Of a DNA stretch of 64,000 nucleotides, positions 1-8,542 are shown piece after piece. Within the stretch, counting starts at the first letter, position 1, and each line of letters begins with the position of its first letter. The DNA is from Cyanidioschyzon merolae (taxonomy: Eukaryota): the NCBI GenBank assembly GCA_000091205.1, contig AP006496.2; one strand, 5' to 3'. The translations under genes and the position numbers were made by a program. Below the pieces are notes generated by a model that did not search any database, had not been told where the DNA came from, and saw only the letters and a list, made by a program, of their open reading frames with translations.

Positions 1-1476
1 GAGACAGGGTTTCTCGCGCACATTGAACTTGAAGCTGGCATCTCAGCACCGGTTGGTGCGGTTGCCGGATACCTTGCTCGCGACAAGGCATCAGTGCCTC
101 TCGTGCAGGCCTGGGCAAAGAGCGCTGCTCGTGAGCTGGACCAGGCTCCGGGCGAGTCATCGGCCGCAGTGCGCTCTACAGCGCCCGGGTCCGAATCAGC
201 GCCTGTGACGACACCAGAACATGTTGCTATATCGACGCCGACCCCGACGCCGACGAGCACAGAAATTCAGGAAGATGATCTGGCACCTGGCGGGGAATCC
301 ATGACAGCTCCAACGGGGAGAGTCATTGCGTCGCCGTATGCCAAGCGGCTCGCGAAAGAGAACAAAATTGACCTGCGTACCCTGCGCGGAAGGGGTCCTG
401 GCGGCCGCATATTGGCTGCTGATGTCCAAGCGGCCATGCTAGCCCGCTCTGCAGCACAGACGCCCTCGGTAGCCTCCGAGAAGCCACTGCAGGCTTCTGC
501 AGTGAGTGGCCGCATGATAGCGACTCCTGGGGCGAAGAAGCTTGCCAAGTCACGGGGCGTAGATCTTGCCAAAGTTCGGGGCACTGGTCCATACGGCCGC
601 ATCACTGAGGCCGACGTGAAGCGCGCCCTAGGTGAAGCGTCCAGCGACTCGCAAACAAGTGCACCAACGGCGTCCGCGGAAGCAGCGGTAACATCGGAGA
701 GGCGCTCCACCGGGAGCGATGCGGGTGCAGAGACTGAGCGGAAAGCGCGGCGCGGAGCATCATCCGCTGATGCTGCACCAGCCACAGAGAAGGCGGCCTT
801 GTCGGGACCTGTGCCAATGAGCACCATGCAGAAAGCCGTGGTGAACAACATGAATGCGTCACTGCAGGTGCCGGTGTTCCGTGTTTCGTACAGCATCACA
901 ACAGATGCGGTGGACGCACTCCTGTCCAAACTCAAATCCAAAGGCGTTACCATGACGACGCTACTGGCTAAGGCGCTCGGGCTTACCTTGAGGAAGCATC
1001 CACTACTGAACGCACGGTTTGAAGAGCCGTACACCATCGTGTATCAACCGGGAGCGAATATCGCAGTGGCGGTTGCGCTGCCCGACGGCGGCCTGATTAC
1101 ACCCGTTTTGCGTGATTGCGCGGATACGGATATCTATGAACTGAGTCGCCGATGGCGGAGCCTTGTTCGCTTGGCGCTGGAGAAAAAGCTCAAACCAGAG
1201 GATTATCAGTCTGGAACGTTTTCGTTGAGCAATCTTGGCATGTTCGGCGTCAGTTCCTTCGATGCAATCTTGCCGAAAGGCACCGGCGCCATCCTTGCTG
1301 TAGCAGCGAGCCAGCCGCAGGTCCGACTCCAATCGAACGGGCTTATAGGTGTCTCGAAAGTCATGCAGGTCACGATTACCTGCGACCATCGCCATATCTA
1401 TGGTGCGCAAGCTGCGGAGTTCCTGCGTGATCTAGCAGACTTGCTCGAGAAGCGCGTCGAAGAGCTGCTCTTGTAG
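1..1476 (+). CDS. Dihydrolipoamide acyltransferase (2-oxo-acid dehydrogenase E2, most likely pyruvate dehydrogenase E2), 5'-partial. The reading frame stays open to the window start, which appears to carry the end of the lipoyl domain.
   Basis: There are two tandem peripheral-subunit-binding domains (RVIASPYAKRLAKENKIDLRTLRGRGPGGRILAADV and RMIATPGAKKLAKSRGVDLAKVRGTGPYGRITEADV). Ala/Pro/Ser/Thr-rich linkers follow. The C-terminal catalytic domain carries the DHRxxxG motif (CDHRHIYGAQAAEF). Confidence 0.85.
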   Translation, partial: ETGFLAHIELEAGISAPVGAVAGYLARDKASVPLVQAWAKSAARELDQAPGESSAAVRSTAPGSESAPVTTPEHVAISTPTPTPTSTEIQEDDLAPGGESMTAPTGRVIASPYAKRLAKENKIDLRTLRGRGPGGRILAADVQAAMLARSAAQTPSVASEKPLQASAVSGRMIATPGAKKLAKSRGVDLAKVRGTGPYGRITEADVKRALGEASSDSQTSAPTASAEAAVTSERRSTGSDAGAETERKARRGASSADAAPATEKAALSGPVPMSTMQKAVVNNMNASLQVPVFRVSYSITTDAVDALLSKLKSKGVTMTTLLAKALGLTLRKHPLLNARFEEPYTIVYQPGANIAVAVALPDGGLITPVLRDCADTDIYELSRRWRSLVRLALEKKLKPEDYQSGTFSLSNLGMFGVSSFDAILPKGTGAILAVAASQPQVRLQSNGLIGVSKVMQVTITCDHRHIYGAQAAEFLRDLADLLEKRVEELLL

Positions 1477-2489
1477 ACGCGTATGAGCTAGGTATGCTGA
1501 CGAGCATCATCGATTTGCGAAAAGCGCGTTCGATGGGTCACGGTGCACGCCAAAGCTATGCATTTGACACACCTGCGGTCGATGCAGACTCGAACGAGCA
1601 GCGAGCTCAGAGCACACGCCCTGCATGCTTACAGGCTGCAGCCTGAATGATGGACACTTGCTCTGCACCTGATTGCAGCATACGAGCGTCAATCAATACG
1701 CCACCATGACGCGTCCCGGAGACCTGTTCGACAATAAAACACACGGTCAACGAGGGCGATTGCTATAGACATGAACGTCGCTACGCCATGTGCGTGTGCG
1801 CTGCGGATAGCACCTGCTACGGGTCCTTCTCTTTCTCATGCTACAGCATCGATGGGTCCTACCAGCGTACCCCGGATGTACGAGCGCCTCCAGTGACCGG
1901 AAAAGAGCCCTCAGCTCTGCAATAGAAGCTTCTGAATGGAACCGCCTGCAACACGGTATTCGACTTGAGCCGCCTGTGTATAAGAGACCGGGTGTAGGCC
2001 CGGCGGCCCGGGCGGTAGCGAGCACCGCACCGCCTCTTCGCTCGTTATCCGATGCTGTTGCGTCGGGGAAGGATGCACGGGCGGGCGGACCAGTGTGAAC
2101 GGGACGGTGGCACTCGGCGGTCGTGTGCGGCACCGGGGACGCGCTCCGCCAGCCTCGAGATGCTGCGCGCTCACTGCCGGCAACGGCAACGTATAGGAGC
2201 TGGCGTATACCAGACACGACGCTCACGCGCGGACGCAGAGGAACATGGTGTAGTGGTGCCGGCTCGAGCGTCGGTGACCGTGCTCGACGCGGTTGTCGCC
2301 CAGACACTGGCGGTAGCGCATGGATGCAAAAATTCCTGACTCGCTGTTTACAACCCGGCAACTATTCTTCACCCACCCGCATCAATATGCGAAACGACTT
2401 TTGCTTGTCCATCATCAAACGATCATCTGTTATTAGAAAATTTGCTTTCCGCCTGGTCCCTCCACCGAAGTAAAGCATTTCCCAGAGCT

Positions 2490-3158
2490 TCAGTTCGGTT
2501 TGATCGCGTTAAAGTGCGCGAGCTGCTCGATGATACCCTGCTTTGTGAGCAACTGTTGATGGAAGAAGCCGCCGAAAGCGATCATGGCAAGCCTTCCGTT
2601 GCGCAGTTCACCGGCTTGCATACGCTTCCACTGAGCACTACCGACGGTGCCACCGAGTTTCAACGGGTCAAAGCCGAAGTAGCCCGGCTCACGGTTCCCG
2701 TTCACAGACTCGATAAGCGCCGGGAGTCCGACGATGAACTCCCACGCACAAACGAAGAGCAGAATTTGCTGCAGTGCCCCATTCTGAACGAACTGGTTGT
2801 GCAAGTCCGGTGAGAGCTGAAGCTTCGACTTTGCGTTGTAAAAATCGAACGTCCCAAACTCCTGCGCGATAACCCCGAGAACTGCGAGCATGGCAACCCG
2901 GCAGTGTTTGATTTCTGCCTCGCGCAGCCACTCGAGCGAAAACACTTCCGTGAAACCCAGCGGGTCGAAACAGCCTTCTCCACCGGGAAGCGACCCATCG
3001 AGCTTCGAGGGGCGTTTCAGAAACGGCATAGAGGGCATCGTCGCTCCCGACGGTGCCTGCATTCGCAGACCACGCGCCGGTACCCGAGTCACGCATGCAA
3101 CGCGGGTAACAGTACCTGTTTTCAGACCAATAGAAGAGAGCGCAGAAATGAAGGCCAT
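2490..3158 (-). CDS. Light-harvesting complex protein of the chlorophyll a/c-binding (FCP/VCP-like) LHC superfamily.
   Basis: Helix-1 and helix-3 LHC motifs are present (FDPLGF...EIKHCRVAMLAVLG and ELRNGRLAMIAFGG). The start is at an internal ATG (MAFISALSS...), which gives about 223 aa with a presequence. The longer upstream ORF (to 3800) is a translation of the microsatellite and is not coding. Confidence 0.8.
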   Translation of the reverse strand: MAFISALSSIGLKTGTVTRVACVTRVPARGLRMQAPSGATMPSMPFLKRPSKLDGSLPGGEGCFDPLGFTEVFSLEWLREAEIKHCRVAMLAVLGVIAQEFGTFDFYNAKSKLQLSPDLHNQFVQNGALQQILLFVCAWEFIVGLPALIESVNGNREPGYFGFDPLKLGGTVGSAQWKRMQAGELRNGRLAMIAFGGFFHQQLLTKQGIIEQLAHFNAIKPN

Positions 3159-3380
3159 GGTTTCGGAAGACGAGCGAACGGTACAGGCGAAGCGGGTACG
3201 GCGTAAAGACTCCAGGTCGCACGTCGCTGAGCACACCTCCAGACCTGCGACGTAAGAAATGCCCTGCTCCGCCAGCGACGCGAGCTGCGGCGAGCGCTCG
3301 CCAGACGTTCGAAACCCGCCCAGATCCGCTGCTGGCTGCTGTCGATGAGGGGGCGGCGGCAGCGAGCTCCGCAGCCGCAC

Positions 3381-3406
3381 GCACGCACGCACGCGTAGCC
3401 TCTGCG

Positions 3407-3444
<38 letters not shown>

Positions 3445-3451
3445 TCCGCGA
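3381..3451. repeat. Palindromic tetranucleotide microsatellite: (CGCA)4, a 12-nt spacer, then (CGTG)about 11. It is capable of forming a hairpin or cruciform.
   Basis: Read directly: cgcacgcacgcacgcacgcg tagcctctgcgg cgtgcgtgcgtgcgtgcgtgcgtgcgtgcg. The two arms are reverse complements. The element lies in the intergenic region between two divergent LHC genes. Confidence 0.9.
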
Positions 3452-3811
3452 GGGCCCCGAATACGCGCTCATCACAGGCGACCTGGAGATGACGCGCGAG
3501 CGCAGCCGCTGTGCGTGCGTGCGCTGAGCTCGGCATCATCGCCGATGCTGCCTGCTGCCTGGGAGCAGGCGCTGGAGCTGGCCTCCGAGGCGCTAGCGCC
3601 GCGAGGCGCACACAGGCACAGGTACGCACGCACACCCTGGGAGGACGCGGTGCGCCCTGGTGTGCATCGCGTCGCAGCGCTGATCGCGCAGCAGCGAGCG
3701 CACCGAGGGCTTCTTCCCCGAATCCGAGTTCCTCGCGGAACTGAGCGCCTGAGCGTTTGTGTATTGTTCGACCGCCTGGACGTCGTTCTTTTGAGCACAA
3801 TTAACATAACT

Positions 3812-4472
3812 ATGTTCGTGTGGACAAGCGCCTGGGTTGCGAAAGGACTCCCGAGAGCGGGCACCCGTCAAACGAGAGCTTGCCTGCGGCGGCAGCTGTG
3901 TATGACCAACGTTGCGAGAAGCAGTGGCAACTCGCGTTCTGTGCCCTTTGCACCAGTCCCGGAAGCAGTTCGCGAGTCGGGGCTCGCCGGCAGTGAAGCG
4001 GAGTTCGATCCCCTGATGGTAACCTCCTACCTACCAATCTCGTGGATGCGCGAGTCCGAGGTCAAGCACGGGCGCATTGCAATGCTCGCCTTCGTGGGCA
4101 CACTCGCCCAGCAGGCATACCAGTTTCCATGGTACAAGGGCGCGCCGACGACCCTAGTCGGTGCACATGATCATTTTGTGACAACGGCGTTGGCACAAAT
4201 CCTCCTCTTCACGAGTGCATTTGAAATCGCTGCCGGAGTGCCGGCAGCTATCCAGACCGTCCGCGGCTCTGGACGTCTGCCGGGCTATTAGGGTTCGAAC
4301 CGCCTGGGCCTTCTGGGGCAAAGATGAGGCCTCGCGTAAGAGGATGGAGCTCGCAGAGGTTAAGAACGGGCGCTTGGCGATGATTGCGATGCTGGCGCTC
4401 TGGCATCAGGAGGTGCTCTCCGGTGGGATGGGCGTCATCGAACAGCTCGTGAAACAGAAATTCACTCCGTGA
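3812..4472 (+). CDS. Second LHC (chlorophyll a/c-binding) paralog, transcribed divergently from the first. The reading frame is interrupted (in-frame TAG at 4289-4291 plus a frame change) between helix 2 and helix 3.
   Basis: In frame 1 (3812..4291): EFDPLMVTSY...EVKHGRIAMLAFVGTLAQQ...GRLPGY*. In another frame (to 4472): WGKDEASRKRMELAEVKNGRLAMIAMLALWHQE...EQLVKQKFTP*. The expected GY-LGFDP-LGLWGKDEA junction requires at least two indels relative to the first paralog. Confidence 0.6.
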
Positions 4473-6257
4473 CCCCAAAGTCGTTGAGTTTGTGCTTCTG
4501 TCGAGAAAAAGGTACTGTTGGGTATGATTAGACGAACACAGAGCGTATAAACCGATTTTGGTGACGATCCTAACCATGTCAGAGCGCGAGAATCGAGCGT
4601 GTCGAGGAGCATCGGGGGGCGTTACGGGCGCAGGTGACGTTCTGTAATGCGCCCGCTCTGCATCACCCGCTCGCTAGGCGTTGAGCGTTCGCTCTGCTTG
4701 CTCCTCGCGCCTGGTCTGGCAGGGCGAGACGCGAGCCTCGCACGCACAATGCACGCTAATGTGGGCTGGTAAGCCTACCGGCACAGACACGTGTTCGCGA
4801 CGCTCCGCTACATGTTTCATGAATACGGTACGCTAGCGTGGTGCGTAGAACTCGATATAACGCCTCGCATTACGCGACGCGGCTGCCATGCAAGACTCAC
4901 GTTCGCCGATGCTGCACCACGACCGCGCATGGCTTTCTCGAAATGCAGTTGCTGCAGCGAGTGCATCTCGCGGCTACGCCAAGCGTTACCATCGTATTCC
5001 GAAACATGCATTCGAGCTGGTCGCGAGGCATCTCGTCGCTGACGCCATCACCGGCTGAGCTGCTGCAGTGAAAACCGCGGAGGTCGTTCTGTCCAAACCC
5101 AGCCAGAAATGCTTCAGAGGAAAAAGCAGAATTCATCGCGAACACGCCTGCACAGACGCTTCGTTGAGCAGGTGCAGCGCCACAGGGTTCGCAGGCGACA
5201 AACGCCGCTGCTCCGGAATGCGGCAATGAGACATGGGCGCGCCCTGACAAGCCAGCGCTCACCATTGGGCGCCTTTTGCCGCGGCTAGCCACGCTTATGC
5301 TGTCATTACGTACATGGAGTGATCGCTGCGTCTACCAAAAGCTGCATCGCTGCAAGTTGCCATTTTCATGACGGCAGCGCGCCGAATGCCTGCCTATGCT
5401 GTGAGTGCGTCAGTTTGATCGCGGTTGCATGGTAGGGACTTTGATTAAGACGCATACGCTCTTGTGACGTGTTTCGTTCGCGGATTATACTGTGATTCCC
5501 AAGTTGCCGGGTGTGTACAGGGTAGGATAGCGCTCTCCTGCAAATTTTACCAGACGCCCGTTTCGTTCACAGATCGTAGCGTGATTCCGACTTTACTCGG
5601 CAGGCAAAGCGGACCAGCGTTCCGTCAGGAACCCAGATCGTCAAAACGCTCGCTCGCAGTTAGTGGCGATCAGCGCATCACCCTGAACTAGGACGCAGCA
5701 AGCTCTTTGCCAAGCACCACGGAGCCTACTGCGACCACTAGTCCAACAACTTGAAACGGAACCCAGTCGAGTGCACAAGTGCCTCTCTCTCGCACACGTC
5801 AAGATCCATGAGCTGGGCACTTTAACCCTCCAGTTCCATATCCGAAACAGGTTCTTTCAGCATACACTCACAGACGCACAGGCAGGCGCAATTCACCAGG
5901 CATCGCCCGCCACTGCCGCAACGCATACCGTGTCAATATTCACCCTGCGTATTCTGCATGCGCAATCAGTACGGAAAACAGCACAGCGTCGCACAGCGCT
6001 GCGGTTGATGGCGTGCGCGCTGGGCGCGGCTGCGGCCCCCGTCTCGCCGAGCCGCCACCGTCGACGCCCCGGGGAGTTAAGCTGCACACCAGGTGCTGGC
6101 ACGTGTTTCACCTCGTCCACAAAACGACGTTCCGAGGCACACTCTACCACAGAATCTTTCTTAGGGAATACGAGTCCCTTTGATCGACTAGGCGTGCGCA
6201 GTGGGACTTTTTTGGCGGGGCATCTATTTCACGTGTTTGAGAAAAAAACCACAAAGA

Positions 6258-7037
6258 ATGTTCGTGGCGCAAGCGTTTTCGCAGTTGCGCGTGCAACCGA
6301 GCAGGGTCTGCTGTAGCCGTCGACGGTCGGCGCGTTCGCTGAAAATGGCAACTTGGATTATGGCTCCAGATAACCCGGACGAACCCGACGAGCCGGGTCG
6401 ACGGGATCCGTCGCCGCGTCGGATGCCTTCGATCCCGGTGCCCCAGGTTGCAACGGACCAGGGTACGCTTGACATTTACTCTCGCTTGGCGAAGGATCGC
6501 AAGCTGCTTTTAGGTACTCAAGTGAATGATGAGGTTTGCAACCAGCTCGTCGCGCAGATGTTGTTTTTGGCACAGGAGAACCCAGAGGAGGATATTACGC
6601 TCTATATTAACTCACCGGGAGGCTCGGTGTCCGCTGGACTTGCGCTGTACGACACCATGATGTACGTACCGTGCGATGTTGCGACGGTCTGTTTCGGAAC
6701 CGCGGCGTCGATGGGTGCGTTCCTGCTGTGTGCCGGGGCTAAAGGCAAACGTCGGGCGTTGCCGCATGCGCGCATCATGATTCACCAGCCGCTCGGTGGG
6801 GCGCAAGGTCAAGCCATGGATATTGAAATTCAGGCACGCGAGATTCTCTACGTGCGGGATCTAATTAATCAGATCATGGCAGCGCAGACAGGCAAGGCGG
6901 TGGAAGAAATTGAACGGGACACTGATCGTGACTTTTTCATGAATGCCGAGGAGGCGGTAGCCTATGGTTTGATTGACGAGGTCGTGAAAACGAAGAACAT
7001 GCTCCCGTATCCGAAGAAACCATCGCTGGTGTACTGA
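6258..7037 (+). CDS. CLPP: ATP-dependent Clp protease proteolytic subunit ClpP, with an N-terminal extension that is probably an organelle-targeting presequence.
   Basis: Diagnostic ClpP motifs are present: [22 protein letters not shown], the catalytic Ser in [11 protein letters not shown], and the catalytic His in [10 protein letters not shown]. The ORF extends 5' to 6201. Confidence 0.85.
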   Translation: MFVAQAFSQLRVQPSRVCCSRRRSARSLKMATWIMAPDNPDEPDEPGRRDPSPRRMPSIPVPQVATDQGTLDIYSRLAKDRKLLLGTQVNDEVCNQLVAQMLFLAQENPEEDITLYINSPGGSVSAGLALYDTMMYVPCDVATVCFGTAASMGAFLLCAGAKGKRRALPHARIMIHQPLGGAQGQAMDIEIQAREILYVRDLINQIMAAQTGKAVEEIERDTDRDFFMNAEEAVAYGLIDEVVKTKNMLPYPKKPSLVY

Positions 7038-7480
7038 GGGGTTGCGCCTGCTTGCCAGTTTGGAGGATTTGTTGTTTACTTTGGCCACCAAGGCTGCAGT
7101 AGGTTTCAGATCTAAGTACCAACGTTGATCGCGTCCGAGGGTCGTCAGCGGGAAGCCGTATCCGCACGGCATCGTAAAGTGAAAGGCGTTCTTGCTCAAG
7201 TATTGTCTAGTCGTTGTCCGGCGCGAATGCAGCGGGCTCGTGTCTGCCGTGTCGCTGCGACGCACGCACCGGCCGCTTCCGCCCGTCGATCCACAACGGG
7301 GGTTGCGTTTCGGAGAAGGTGCTCCAGCGAGCGAGCCCGGCCAGGGTACTGGTGTTGCACGCATCCGGGCGGGGTCGCTGCACCTTACCGGCGATCGAGG
7401 TTGTTGTTGGGTAGAGTCTGTTTGGGCTTGTGCCGTTTACGATTTTGGGAGTTCGGCGGCCTGTGGCTTTTCGTGCCTGG

Positions 7481-7488
7481 CAAAAAAC
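7481..7488 (-). terminator. RNA polymerase III terminator, a T6 run immediately 3' of the tRNA-like gene.
   Basis: The minus strand reads GTTTTTTG directly after the discriminator base of the tRNA-like gene. Confidence 0.5.
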
Positions 7489-7615
7489 CACGGTGGATGG
7501 GGGTCGAACCCACACGGAAGGCGCGCGTACCGCACCATCTTCTGCTCGCTGCCGTCCAGCGACGGGTCGCTAGCCGGTCCGTAGGCAGACGCCTTATCCA
7601 CTTGGCCACCACCGT
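7489..7615 (-). tRNA. tRNA-Arg(ACG)-like gene of 127 nt, with a putative intron of about 31 nt in the anticodon loop and an extra insertion of about 20 nt in the variable region. It may be an atypical or pseudo tRNA.
   Basis: On the minus strand there is a perfect 7-bp acceptor stem (ACGGTGG with CCACCGT). The D-arm TGGCCAAGTGGATAAGGC matches the A-box. The anticodon stem is TCTGC/GCAGA, with the loop CTACGGA identical to eukaryotic tRNA-Arg-ACG. The T-arm GTGGGTTCGACCCCCAT matches the B-box, followed by the T-run. Confidence 0.45.
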
Positions 7616-8314
7616 GTGCGCACGCGCCCTAGACGAAAGACATCTGCGATGATCTATGCAGACGCGATTCCGTCGGGAGCACAGAGAGACCATGCAGGAA
7701 ATTGCATATAAAGCGATTGCTACTGTTGGCGCGCACGGCGTGTGACCCCAGCGGTCGCCGCCCTTCCGTGTCTGTGATTTGGGGCTGGCGCTGGGGCACC
7801 GGAGGCGCGCGCGGCCACCACGCGATTGCGGCGCCCGGATCTGGATAGGGTAGCGGTGGCGGAGCGCGCTCTGGAGCCTGCAGTAGGGAGTCAGGTCGGG
7901 TCGGGCGCACCTGTAGCACCGTAAGTGAGCCTGTTGGATGAGCGATGCTTGCTGCAGTCGCTATGTTTGCCGTCATTCAGGACTGCAGGAGTAGCTTTCG
8001 GGGTAGATATGTAGAAACTGGCTCGGTCGCTTTTCAAGTAAGGAAAATTGTGTGCCTTACGGACAGAGGATGCGCGGGATCGCGTCACACGAGTATGCGC
8101 TGTCCTATCGAATGACGCTACTCCGTTATCGTTCAGGAATTGCCCGGAAAAACCTACCCTGGTGTATATATATGAAGGTGCTCTAGCCTAGCTTGAGTTT
8201 TGAATCTTATGATGCCATCGCCTCGATCCTGGCGAGAATCCATTTCCACTTGTCCTGGCTCCTGATTTTTTTCATCAAAAGTCTTCCGCGTTTCAGCAAT
8301 GCCCACGCTGATCA

Positions 8315-8542
8315 CTAAACGATTCCGTCGAAAGTTCCTTCGACGCAAACCACCGGATTCTTCCGAAGCATGAGGCATTTCCGGATGTTCATTGCGGCGT
8401 TCAAGTCTTGATACAGAGGGTGCACGCGCGCTTTCTTTCCGCAGGAATCACACCACTGCAGGCCGCTCGCCTTCGATTGCCTCTCCATCTGACGCTCGTT
8501 CAGCTTACCGTGCACCATATCGTGCATCCGGGTCTGCGTCAT
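8315..8542 (-). mobile_element. C-terminal relic of a TnpB/Fanzor-like (OMEGA) nuclease, carrying the zinc-finger CxxCG and RuvC-III motif. The upstream part is frameshifted and degenerate.
   Basis: The ORF ends ...LQWCDSCGKKARVHPLYQDLNAAMNIRKCL. This matches the TnpB/Fanzor C-terminal signature CxxCG-(x5-10)-(R/Q)DxNAAxNI. It is a different family from the 1.4-kb repeat. Confidence 0.4.

Noticed and set aside
2490-3800. A 436-aa ORF on the minus strand extending the LHC gene 214 aa upstream.
   Set aside because: The extra N-terminal part is translation of the (ACGC)n microsatellite (THARTHARTHART) and of GC-rich intergenic DNA. The conserved LHC begins at the internal ATG at 3158 with a plausible presequence.
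4285-4300. gggttcgaacc, a tRNA T-arm-like motif.
   Set aside because: It lies inside the LHC coding sequence (it encodes GFEP) with no flanking acceptor or D-arm structure. Only the 7489-7615 locus has full cloverleaf elements plus a Pol III terminator.
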